A stretch of 59,730 bases of DNA from a virus (Duplodnaviria > Caudoviricetes). Shown one piece after another: positions 43,801 to 51,678 of the stretch. The stretch covers positions 1 through 59,730 of the IMG/VR virus record IMGVR_UViG_3300024520_000076, one strand, 5' to 3'. Position numbers and translations under genes: made by a program. Under the pieces are notes generated by a model. The model did not search any database. It was not told where the DNA came from and was given only the letters and a program-made list of their open reading frames with translations. Within the stretch, counting starts at the first letter, position 1, and each line of letters opens with the position of its first letter.

Positions 43801-46800
43801 AAATGTTTTTCCCCAACATCCCATTTTCTAAGTACGTTTATACCATCTCCAGCATCTTCTGCATCTTGAACTAATTCAGTAACCTTTCTCCCTTTTTTTC
43901 GTTTAACATAAACAACATTTGGTTCGGCTACAGGCGCTGGTGGTCCTTTCTCAATTCGATCTACGACGGAAGAAAAGTTTGCTATTTTAGCCTCGTCAGT
44001 AGCGTCTACATCCAAAGGCACTATCCCTAAATTCTTTTCGATAGCCTCGCTGAGTTTATCTAGTCCTTGTACACTAGAGTTCTGTATAATGGGGGGTATT
44101 TCTATTTCTGTATTAGGTATAAATTCAGGAAGAACTTGGGGGCCGCTCCCATCTGAATTAAGTGGTTCTCTAATGTCTCCGAACTCTTCATCAAGGCTTT
44201 CGGCTACTCTCTTTAAAGTAGGGCTTCCATAGAAATCATCTACGTCTTTCTGTGTTGGTCCTTTATTGAACCAACCTTTTTTCTTACTTAACCCGAAAAT
44301 AGGATACCATTTCCCCGCATTCGGCTTTCCTCCTAAGCCTGTTGAAAGATAGAAAGGAACAACCACACCATTTACATTCCTAAAAACAATAGCCCTCTTA
44401 GCAAAATTAACCATAGGTGCTGAGTTTGTCTCATCATAAGGAACATCTACTGCGGTAACTTGTGGCTCTCCAACATAAACATCAACGGGGTCCATACCCC
44501 TATCCGCTTCTGATACCTTTGTCTGCCCTTCGAAAGTATGTATGACTTGTAATGGATTATCAGGGTCAAATGCTGGGACATGCTCTGTTGCATACCCCGA
44601 TTTCATATCATTATACGCGGCGACGACTCGATATGCCATCTTCCGAAGTACAGGATTATCTCCAGATTTACTATTTAGGATTTCCAGAAGTTTCCCACTT
44701 AGTTTTTTCAAGTGGCGTACGAATATCTTCAGTAAACTAGGGTTCCCTTTAAAGAAATCTGCATCCTGCTCTGTGGTGGTTCCACTTAATATACGCTGGG
44801 CGTGCATACGTAAAATTTCTTTTGCTAGGGTTCGTTGCTCCGCTTGCCATCCAAACCCCTCCTGCACTTCAACATCAGTTTGTTGCAGCCTTGCCCGCGC
44901 TGCTTCCCTGTCCTCCTCCTTCGTGTAATAAGCTTCTATAACAAAATCAATATCTTCTTGTGACAAAGATTGATATACTTCAGTGAGTTCCTCAGTTGTC
45001 AGGTCTGCTAAAGTAGCATGATGTATTACTTCCTCTATAAGACCAGCCCCTGCTAAGTTCCGAGCGTTAAAATTTGATAAATTTTTAAGTGCATCTCCTA
45101 ACGCTCTAGGCTCTATGCGTATGTAAGCCTCTGTTTCAGTTACTACATGGGAGAAAGCTTTGATGGGCTTCCCACTATCATCCGCATACTTCCTCTGTTC
45201 ATCTGACACAAACTTCACATCGACTCCAAAAGCACGGCCTAATAAAACCAATTCATTTAGAGTGCCCTGAAGGTTAGCAAGTGCGTCCTGTTCTTGTGGT
45301 GTATGGTCTTCATTTATAGTTGTAAATATCTCTATTTGTTTTGCGTGTTTAGGATCAACAGGGGCTTCTGCCTCTGCTGCGTCTTCATCCTTTGTCTCCT
45401 CCTTTGTCTCCTCCTTTGTCTCCTCCTTTGTCTCCTCCTTTGTCTCCTCCACAATAACTTCAGCCTCTGTATTTTCTATTACTGCTTTATCCCCATTCGC
45501 TATGGTGTTTATCAGGTCTTCTTTTTCTTTTGCTTGTTGCTCTGGAGTCTTCTCTGTAGCTAGTTCACCTTCAACTTTTTGTACGTCTTTCCATTTTATA
45601 CCAACAGCTTCGGCTGCTTTTTCGTTGGCTTCCATCTCCATAGCAATGGCAGCAGGGTCCATTAAGTCATCAGGATAACTTTCTTGGTGTCGTAACTGGG
45701 CGTGTGCCCTCTCATGTTCCTCAATAAATTTAATGTACCCGTTAACTCCACCCTCACTCCCCCTTAGTTTCTTTTTTAACTTTGCTAAGTCTACATCTTT
45801 GAAAACTTCTTTCTTCTGTTGTGAAGTCTTGCTGTCCACATCACCTGCCAAATAAGGGAGAGGCTCATCGGCATTAAAATCTTCTGCTATGTCCTGAGTA
45901 TATAAAGTTATCTCCCCCGTTTCTCTATTCAGCCCAGCTAACTGACCTGCTTTTTTAGATGAATCTTTTACTATCGATATCCCTAATTCCTCATCTGAAA
46001 CTTTCTGGCTAGCGTCTGCGAGCTTCTGGGATTGCTCAATGGCAGTCCCTATCATAGTACTATAATCCTTTGGCATCTCCCGCATTTCTGTCGCACGTAG
46101 CTGTTGCCTCGTGATTCCTTCCATTACAACATTAGCAGTCAGTGGAGAGTTGGTTTCTTTTAGGTGTGCTATTAATTTAGTTTCTTCGCTCTGCCTCAAC
46201 ATCTCCACCTCTCCTCGGGCAAAAGCCCCTTTCTTTTCCGCTATCGCCCTGACTCCAGCAGCCCCCTGACCAATTACACCCCCTATTGCTCCTGCGTATA
46301 GCGCAGCAGATACCCTTTCAATCATAGGGGTATTCTCATTTAGCGCCGCATCTACAATAAACGAATTAATAAACTCATCTATACCCTCCTCAAAAAATTC
46401 TTCAGTTCCACTTTTCAGATACCTTCTGTATATATCAGGGAATACTTTAGGTACAACTTCTTTAATCCTTCCCGATAACCATGTACGCATCGCCTCGCCG
46501 TGTTCGGACTTAGTTATCTTAGACCTACGCATTCTTTCCAAAACAGATCTGTGTTGCTTGTAAGTGATCCCCCTAAGAAATGCATCTTCAAAACCACCCG
46601 CACCAACACTACTGAACCCTGCTGTTATAATACCTGTTGCCATACCTGCCGTTAGCGCAGCGCCTAAAGCGGCATCATGTTTCTCTTCATGCGTACCTTC
46701 CATGTTACCATAGACCGTGGCATAAGTAGCCCCTGATGATCTATTAGCAGCGGTCAGGAATAAGGCAGAAGTCTGTACCCCCGTTACTAAGTTGCTCCTT

Positions 46801-48551
46801 ACTTCTTTTTCTACTTGTTTTCCTACTCCCTTTTTGGTTACTGTTTTGGTTACCGTTTTAGTAAGTAGTCCATTATAGGCATTAATAGCCCCTATAACAT
46901 CCGACCTCTTGGCTGACTTCGTTATATATCCCTTTACCCTAAGTCTAGCTGCTGTCCTTCCCGCATCTTCACCAAACTTTTTAGCAAATACACTGCCCGT
47001 TAAACTTTTTGTAAGTCCTTTAGCGGTAACTCTGGTTCCTTGTTTTAGTCCTACGTAAGCAGCCCCGCCTATACCAAATGTACCTGAACTCAACAGGACT
47101 GTAGCACTAATATCAACCACCATTGGTGCTATTGCAGTAGCAACATCAGTAGCGAACCCAAATTTATCCCCAAATATTTTAGCTACTTCTCTTCTGTTCT
47201 GCCTATCTTCTTCTTGCTCTACCAAGAAATCAATCGCCCCTTTATTTTCCATTAAGGCAGGTACTATAAAAAGCAGCCCCGTAAAAGAATCTGCGATAGA
47301 GGCCCCTAATGCGCCTACTCTGTTTTTTACCCCACTATAATTCTTAGGGTTTATAAGGAACTCCTCCAATACCTCCCCGTTAGAATCGCCATCTTGTTTT
47401 CCTTTTATTTTAGCAGCCGCCCATTTGTTTTCTACCGTGGAGTCTTTGAATAGCTCATCATACCTAGGGAATTGACGAGTAAAGAAATCTTTCCTGAAAT
47501 TAATAAGTGAGCTTCTTTGTCCTTTTGTTAGGTCTGAACGTATTTCCAGAGCAGAATCAAACTTCCCTCTGTCTAACAATAACTCAATATGAGGTATGAC
47601 AGCGCCATTCTTAGTTACTTTTATATTGTCCCCAATTTTATCTATATTAGATTCATACTTAGCTTCTCCTGTTTGGTACGCTTCAAAGATAGCCACCTGT
47701 TCCAGAGCGTCCATGATATCTGAATCCTGAAACCTGTTCCGTGAAACATTTTCCTTGATGTCTTTACCACGAGAGTACTGGTTAGCAAGAAGGGTTCGTG
47801 CTTTAGTGATCAGGGCAGAGGGGTCACCTTCTTCTTTATTATCTATAAAATAATTTTTAGATTCTTTTAATATCTCCCTATAGAGATCTTTATCTTCTTC
47901 GGATTGTGAGGCAGAAGAAAACTCAGTCCTGACTTGGTTATCACGGATAGCTTTAAAGGCGTTAACTCCTTTATATACATCGTTCATTCCCGTGGCTACT
48001 TGCCACATATCTCTGTGGCGAATAGCTCCCCTCCGTATAGAATCAGCTATGGCTTTTTTACTATCTAATATATTAGACCCCCCAATCAATTCATAACTGA
48101 TAGCGCCATCAGCTCCTTGTCTTCTAAGGGAGGCGAGGCTTAATCTGTCATGCTCAACTAAATGCTGTTTAGCTTCATTGACTTCATCCACAAAGTCTTC
48201 TCTAGCTCCTCCATTATTAATAGAGTCGTAGTAATTATCCCGTGCTTGTTGTCCGAAAGCGTCATAGATGAGAGCGGCATCTGTCTCTGTAGTGCCAGCG
48301 TCAAGTTGTTGTGTGTGCTCAGGATCTATTTGAGTGACTCTGGGGAGTATATTATTTCTTATGGCTTCTTCTGCATCCCGATCTAGCGTCCCTCTTTCAA
48401 ATTCGAATTCCCGTAGATAATTACCGTACCCAATCAGCTTGTCCTTTTCGTCGGTTACACCAGTTCCCGCAGAACCTGTCCATTGGTTAAAATTTAAGGG
48501 GTTAGTATATGCGTCATTACCTGACGAATCAGTTATAAGTTCTCCTGTCAC
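37857..48551 (-). CDS. Giant polyvalent internal virion/ejection-like protein
   Basis: 3564 aa. N-terminal G/A-rich helices and EEFFEEG; zincin motifs HERAH and EEVIHH; DUF4326-like, macro-like, SLOG and ART-like domains; long helical C-terminal region. Confidence 0.8.
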   Translation of the reverse strand: MTGELITDSSGNDAYTNPLNFNQWTGSAGTGVTDEKDKLIGYGNYLREFEFERGTLDRDAEEAIRNNILPRVTQIDPEHTQQLDAGTTETDAALIYDAFGQQARDNYYDSINNGGAREDFVDEVNEAKQHLVEHDRLSLASLRRQGADGAISYELIGGSNILDSKKAIADSIRRGAIRHRDMWQVATGMNDVYKGVNAFKAIRDNQVRTEFSSASQSEEDKDLYREILKESKNYFIDNKEEGDPSALITKARTLLANQYSRGKDIKENVSRNRFQDSDIMDALEQVAIFEAYQTGEAKYESNIDKIGDNIKVTKNGAVIPHIELLLDRGKFDSALEIRSDLTKGQRSSLINFRKDFFTRQFPRYDELFKDSTVENKWAAAKIKGKQDGDSNGEVLEEFLINPKNYSGVKNRVGALGASIADSFTGLLFIVPALMENKGAIDFLVEQEEDRQNRREVAKIFGDKFGFATDVATAIAPMVVDISATVLLSSGTFGIGGAAYVGLKQGTRVTAKGLTKSLTGSVFAKKFGEDAGRTAARLRVKGYITKSAKRSDVIGAINAYNGLLTKTVTKTVTKKGVGKQVEKEVRSNLVTGVQTSALFLTAANRSSGATYATVYGNMEGTHEEKHDAALGAALTAGMATGIITAGFSSVGAGGFEDAFLRGITYKQHRSVLERMRRSKITKSEHGEAMRTWLSGRIKEVVPKVFPDIYRRYLKSGTEEFFEEGIDEFINSFIVDAALNENTPMIERVSAALYAGAIGGVIGQGAAGVRAIAEKKGAFARGEVEMLRQSEETKLIAHLKETNSPLTANVVMEGITRQQLRATEMREMPKDYSTMIGTAIEQSQKLADASQKVSDEELGISIVKDSSKKAGQLAGLNRETGEITLYTQDIAEDFNADEPLPYLAGDVDSKTSQQKKEVFKDVDLAKLKKKLRGSEGGVNGYIKFIEEHERAHAQLRHQESYPDDLMDPAAIAMEMEANEKAAEAVGIKWKDVQKVEGELATEKTPEQQAKEKEDLINTIANGDKAVIENTEAEVIVEETKEETKEETKEETKEETKDEDAAEAEAPVDPKHAKQIEIFTTINEDHTPQEQDALANLQGTLNELVLLGRAFGVDVKFVSDEQRKYADDSGKPIKAFSHVVTETEAYIRIEPRALGDALKNLSNFNARNLAGAGLIEEVIHHATLADLTTEELTEVYQSLSQEDIDFVIEAYYTKEEDREAARARLQQTDVEVQEGFGWQAEQRTLAKEILRMHAQRILSGTTTEQDADFFKGNPSLLKIFVRHLKKLSGKLLEILNSKSGDNPVLRKMAYRVVAAYNDMKSGYATEHVPAFDPDNPLQVIHTFEGQTKVSEADRGMDPVDVYVGEPQVTAVDVPYDETNSAPMVNFAKRAIVFRNVNGVVVPFYLSTGLGGKPNAGKWYPIFGLSKKKGWFNKGPTQKDVDDFYGSPTLKRVAESLDEEFGDIREPLNSDGSGPQVLPEFIPNTEIEIPPIIQNSSVQGLDKLSEAIEKNLGIVPLDVDATDEAKIANFSSVVDRIEKGPPAPVAEPNVVYVKRKKGRKVTELVQDAEDAGDGINVLRKWDVGEKHFGNPFSHRGFKNTIPTKNLDQTVEYYRKWLEGDEDFEHKDKYQNRREWILGQIDSGALDGKSLLYYDENIKPNHAEALKTFVIKRRAASKVVPSKTYKGEVTSLDKNQVFVFGSNLQGFHGAGAAGYATFGEGKSVDEFKKLRADSNYNKQEKGEEGKWNVKGQAEGLQDGKDGTSYALPTKKTATDKKSLSPEEITKNIRKLYDTARSKPDKEFLVAQKTKGGLSGWTGAQMAKMYLDAGEIPSNIVFEEGFHKLLRDTAPPVDTASPRGFGKVARKGFEGFEVSTAGKDEEGIGVKFSAKKAKLPSGKTIEYVWQKEAKQSGKGLPAAPHLDREDSWYWATYKGLWAEYFIANPKALAEIGRASSGKVLTDKFGGDGDNVNTQARAIHEILVDLGLRDPMTLNYLGDGGTPAVERVLHSGGASGADTAFEFAALEAGFKVEAHSFEGHAKGNKHRTPHTAEELKEANEHLAKANETLDRAWPTKGKFVNNLLRRNWFQVRDSDQVIAVSRFVGGQVKGGTAWATQMGIDQGKEVHVFDMVSNQWHKWAPHLDREGSWVTSRPPTLSDKFAGIGSRDITARGKEEIQKLFTATIPTPAVGIGIVESSKIPESFTNKDLFTYQKVDDIKRFDWARIGWSESDFKGTAAINGAGIYFLASNEGATDNARSRLSTYEARGNLFRLRVKKRHEGDIYRIGSKWSSELQGKLDKLAQKLSYVVEKYVGEGHPEADSSGVVREEVPYKDWSEFTEKGKVYWPHREGAGNDFIGALNRRMGTADIEGGKVMQERTVVPYEIVEDAGINPQEPTSHWTPNQIRNVTRLLLSSVDIKGVVEYMQGTDKNVREVVVFDPSILEAGPDTTTTQEVEITESQIAGDGETPTIFKHGDLTAMLTLPMFKTGKYKGQPKGIMKWLVGGADPRLQRLNQQATALRNAVFNEIQKYKGRLDYLVAKEYPDGDAPVGLFKDITGDGETLKLEPEIHDFIEQKYRERKVVLNNKRLALIEEKESEKRNGELEEVLEEIKQLENNKELAYKRAYQNKKALIAHRRHNAIMRLGGYEEDGTPKGAIALHLLELRKKTDAFSKKIAVLFPNDEDMQKSLKGTIDGNLEIYLTRSYKLFSDPFFAGKVLHEKKYATAREEAAKFFTQEYINARSAQILRNSEKFTEESADLDVTDDVKAGEVVTRLGDAEVIARAELSEGQGKTSTEMPPKIHNMMIEFLNSYSTGDALLIDPNKMVKDKNNRIGFSAILKEKLKGRKNIPDALRQLMGEEGDSTGYDAIMRTYMHVGIMASHQAFLKNLLDFGVQAKNRWIITGAEHEGLELEEQKKWGTLMADGDARYDPFVIIGKNESYFAPTEMVESLKEIRDSVILSMNEGQQVARGITKAAQVLTGSSMAAKTLGSIGFYLRNSLSNVLFFGPAQGILAPVALTGSMIKEIGRKKGFFFKGVLGPEKLNAYYSKLDALDIIGDEIRPKMLEELFAGDTDPNDLMKRIYETTKDINELSDESTTPEDLKKVGTALHKAYTNLKEMSATMDTFYKIYYFEHELGVLKKAKANSVAKGRDDKYFHMTENQLERAAADIVLDTAQSYSRSSPFVQGWTKSTAGVMFAPFIRFKTELIRIPINTLRRSFSEIKDKNPVIKRRGLRRLFGLTSVTVGLSAVAPLLMRLGEGVDDEEDAALRRTLVEYLKNHTFYITKDDEGNLWTTDLTYLNPFSLIVDPFLRSFEIGATGGSAAEMGIAFVKSMIVDEYLDDQIFAGAALNLKANRDPQTNKKIWEERDTAEDAFLKGAKYLFEEAFQPRTMKAGREAITMMGTNPVEDVMKRIGKEFLPVKPYKVDIQKNMRRYLFDVRRETQSISLRKNKVLSESPLSDNDIKGLVLDEIDHRVRLDKEVAHTLKHLGSLAGMTEEEVRNIVHGAQFGKRRYKFMLNGLTETPRETHKGLKKKLRDKYESTGIALFLRRERLLDAYFKNIPRFYRHDEN
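42126..42816 (-). repeat. 31-bp direct repeat 660 bp apart, in frame, inside the giant gene
   Basis: CCAGCTAYCTTCTCTGTCCAAGTGGGGAGCC at 42126-42156 and 42786-42816, encoding APHLDRE(G/D)SW. Confidence 0.9.
45391..45450 (-). repeat. 12-bp coding tandem repeat x5 (EETK)
   Basis: TTTGTCTCCTCC, five perfect copies. Confidence 0.95.
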
Positions 48552-48569
48552 AGCAGTTCGGGTTATGTA

Positions 48570-49853
48570 TTATGTGGCGTTTAATAAACTATTTATCTCG
48601 GCTGTTTTTTCAGCCGCCATATCTGGTCGGTTTCCTTGTAAATCTGTTTGTGCGGCAGCGGCCTGTAGAATGGTAAGCAACTCACCCAAAGAAGATATGT
48701 CATCTAGTTTAGTAATGTCCTTCCCTAAGAGTTTTTCGAGGTCTTCATCTTTAAGGACAACTGTCTTTAACAACTGAACTATAGCTTCTATCTTATCAGT
48801 TTCTTCATCGTCATTTGTAGAATACTCATCTAAAGATGACTGAGCTCCTTTAGCCATTATTATAAACCTATCCAAAGCAGCTACTGTTTTAGAAACTTCC
48901 TCCCCTGCTTGTTTACTAGCATGTACGCTTGTTAATACATCTAACTCTAATTGTTGTAATGTAGTTCTCGGCCTCAGGCGTGGAGCTAATGCATTAAAGG
49001 TATCTCGATCTGCTCCTTTCAGTGTGGATATCTCATCTTCCCATCGTTTATTACTCTTGATAGTTTCTTTCGCTTGGGCAGTTACCCCTGCCAATTTAGC
49101 CGCATTTTCAAGTACACCTTTGCCTCTCTTACCCTTCATTAAAGACGTAATGACAGCGGGGTTCCCTGAGGCTACTGCTTGTGAAATCAGATTAGCTCTC
49201 ATGGCAGCATCCCTCCCCTTTTTCTTTTCCTTCTTATCTAACTTTGCGCCTACATTATTAAACGCTGTCTCGTATAAAGAGGCGGTTATGGGGTTCCCTA
49301 ACGCTTGTGGGTTTGCGAAAAGTGATTTCTGTATCTCAGAAAACTGTGTCTTGGCATTAGCTCCTGACCCCATTATTTCCTCCAGCCTCTGTGATACAGG
49401 AGCTTGAAGAGCGTCACCAGCTTGTGCGAACCTTGCTTTACGCTGTGCTTCTTTTAATTGCAGATAACTCTTTTGTTCCTGTTGATATAATAAGTTCTGC
49501 TTCCTCATCTCTGGGGCATACCGATTATATAAAGCCGTTTGTTGATGTAAAGGAAGGGAGGAAGTGGCCCCAAAAAAGTCCTGCCTCATGGGGGATACCA
49601 CATTGTCGGGATTGAAATCCCCTTGTAGTGCCGTTTGTTGCGCAGCTATAATAGCACTTTTCGCTGACTCCTCGGCCCCTTTCGTTAGTTGGTTACGAGT
49701 TCCAGTACCAGCTTCATACATAGCGGCGGTGGCGGCAGCTCCTTGTATTTTAGCTTTAGCTGCCCCAGTAAATCTTTCTGACTCCCTGAGTAACCTACTG
49801 GACTCAGGGGTAACCTGCTTTACCCCCTGAAGGGATCGTGTATTATAGGCCAT
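48570..49853 (-). CDS. Putative internal virion/ejection protein
   Basis: 427 aa, A/Q/K-rich helical, upstream of the giant gene. Confidence 0.6.
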   Translation of the reverse strand: MAYNTRSLQGVKQVTPESSRLLRESERFTGAAKAKIQGAAATAAMYEAGTGTRNQLTKGAEESAKSAIIAAQQTALQGDFNPDNVVSPMRQDFFGATSSLPLHQQTALYNRYAPEMRKQNLLYQQEQKSYLQLKEAQRKARFAQAGDALQAPVSQRLEEIMGSGANAKTQFSEIQKSLFANPQALGNPITASLYETAFNNVGAKLDKKEKKKGRDAAMRANLISQAVASGNPAVITSLMKGKRGKGVLENAAKLAGVTAQAKETIKSNKRWEDEISTLKGADRDTFNALAPRLRPRTTLQQLELDVLTSVHASKQAGEEVSKTVAALDRFIIMAKGAQSSLDEYSTNDDEETDKIEAIVQLLKTVVLKDEDLEKLLGKDITKLDDISSLGELLTILQAAAAQTDLQGNRPDMAAEKTAEINSLLNAT

Positions 49854-49871
49854 ATATTTAAATTTTTGGCA

Positions 49872-51632
49872 TTAAGAGCGACGGCTTCTCCCTGAGCGAG
49901 CCCAGTCTATTACTTTTTTTGTAGCTTTTGTTCGCTTATCCCGTTCTTTATCATACGCCAAGCCAAGGTCGGGAAGCTTTAATTGTTTATTCCTGAAGTC
50001 CTTTTCTTTCCTCTCTCCCTCTTCTCGTTGTAGCCTACTACCAACACTTTCTACCTCACGTGGCTTGGCTTGGGGTATCATTGGATCTTCCCTACCTATG
50101 TTCGGCATATTTTGTGGCTTCGGGGAAAGCTCCATCTTGGGAGCCTTAGCGACTTCGTCCGATGTGTGGAATCCCTCGTTTACTGTGGCATCTATATCTA
50201 ACTTAGTTTTTCCTGCTCCCTCAAAAGGCTGAATCTTATCTGGGTCTACACCTAACCCCTCTCTAAGCGGAGCTATTTGTTTCCGTTGTTCAGAGCTGGC
50301 TCCTTTAGACCAAAGATCCATTACTTGTTGCTGCTTAGAACCCATCCTTTGCTTTGCAGCATCCCGCATATCAAGTTCGGCATAAGATTCTGCGGGCTTA
50401 TCAAAGTCCATAGCTCCTCCTTTTACGCCCTTATAGGGGTCGCCTAAAGCTCTTCTACCTGCGGAGGTAGTAGAATGACCGATGACCTTACCACTTTTAT
50501 CTCGGATAACTCTCCCTAAAAGTTCTTCTTTCCCCCCTGCCCCCTCAATGGCAATCTTATTTGCGTCGCTCTTTTCTTTTGTGATCCTATCTCTTTCCGC
50601 TTGTTGCGCTAAGATCTCGCGCTTCATCCCGCTAAATCTTCCTTCTGCTCTTGCTCTACCTGCTATTTGCTCTTCTGCTATATCAGCCTTCCCTGCTTTA
50701 TCTCTTTGTTTCCTTTCCTCTCTTGAGCGCAGATAATCTAAACCAGTCCCCGAACCCGATGAACCTCCCGTAGCTGCTGGTGTTGCTGGTGCTGCTGCTT
50801 TAAGTGTTTTAGCTAACTCTCTTGTAGGTCCAAGCTGTTTCCCCGTTGTTTCCTTTGTTTCTGTTGTGGGGGCAAAAGGGTCTGTTGCGTCTTTTTGGTA
50901 TGGTGCTTTTCCTCCATGTATAATATTTAAAACACTTTGTGGTAGTCCTCCTCTTGGGGGAGTTGCGGTGGGAGCAAAACCACCGCCCCCTCCCATTGCC
51001 TCTCCTAACATGGTGCTGGAAGAAGCATCTATTGGGGCAGGGAGTTTAGATACGGGTTGATTTTTGGTTGGTTGAGCTTTGGCTGGGGTTGGTGTGCTTT
51101 CTGGTGCTGGTGTGCTTTCTGTAGCTTTAGGGGTTTTCCCCGCACCCTTTATATATTTCTGTACTCCTGAACCTAGTTTAACTTTCCGCTTAGAGAGGGC
51201 TACTTTCTTACCATCCTCTTCAAGATCAGGTATGGTAACACGATCTTTGTCGATTAGTTCAAAACTAGATTCTTCTGGATCTTTATCGGCTAATATTAGC
51301 CTATCCTTGTCTAAATTTTCCAACTGAAGCATTGAGTCTCCTGCTCTATCAATAGCGAACCCCAGAGAGTTAAGCATTCGATCCTCTTTTTTAAATGAGT
51401 AGTCTCCTATAATAGCTTCACGTAAAGTTTTTCCGTGTTGCTCGTCATACTCACGATTAATATCGTTGACTAAATCAGAAGAGCCTACCTCTCTTAGTTG
51501 TTTAACCAAACGAGCAGCTAGTTCTTCATTCGTACCCCAACCTTTAAACGCTGATCTAAACTGTTTAACGTATTTGTTTCTAAGATTCTTTTTTTCTGTG
51601 TCAGAAAGATTAGTGTAGTCTGCGTTAGCCAT
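49872..51632 (-). CDS. Putative internal virion protein with annexin-like N-terminal repeat
   Basis: FRSAFKGWGTNEE...EYDEQHGKTLREAIIGDYS resembles an annexin repeat. The rest is low-complexity. Confidence 0.55.
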   Translation of the reverse strand: MANADYTNLSDTEKKNLRNKYVKQFRSAFKGWGTNEELAARLVKQLREVGSSDLVNDINREYDEQHGKTLREAIIGDYSFKKEDRMLNSLGFAIDRAGDSMLQLENLDKDRLILADKDPEESSFELIDKDRVTIPDLEEDGKKVALSKRKVKLGSGVQKYIKGAGKTPKATESTPAPESTPTPAKAQPTKNQPVSKLPAPIDASSSTMLGEAMGGGGGFAPTATPPRGGLPQSVLNIIHGGKAPYQKDATDPFAPTTETKETTGKQLGPTRELAKTLKAAAPATPAATGGSSGSGTGLDYLRSREERKQRDKAGKADIAEEQIAGRARAEGRFSGMKREILAQQAERDRITKEKSDANKIAIEGAGGKEELLGRVIRDKSGKVIGHSTTSAGRRALGDPYKGVKGGAMDFDKPAESYAELDMRDAAKQRMGSKQQQVMDLWSKGASSEQRKQIAPLREGLGVDPDKIQPFEGAGKTKLDIDATVNEGFHTSDEVAKAPKMELSPKPQNMPNIGREDPMIPQAKPREVESVGSRLQREEGERKEKDFRNKQLKLPDLGLAYDKERDKRTKATKKVIDWARSGRSRRS

Positions 51633-51640
51633 ATACTACA

Positions 51641-51668
51641 AATTTACTACTATTTCAGGTAAAGGCAA
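51641..51668 (-). promoter_or_regulatory. Putative promoter, near-leaderless
   Basis: TTGCCT-N16-TAAATT(TG)-N8-ATG(51632). Confidence 0.55.
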
Positions 51669-51678
51669 CCGCTCAAAT

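Noticed and set aside
37857-48551. Giant ORF as an N4- or crAss-type virion RNA polymerase (similar size)
   Set aside because: No DxDGD/DFDID motif or recognisable T7-like polymerase motifs seen. The visible domains are polyvalent-protein types.
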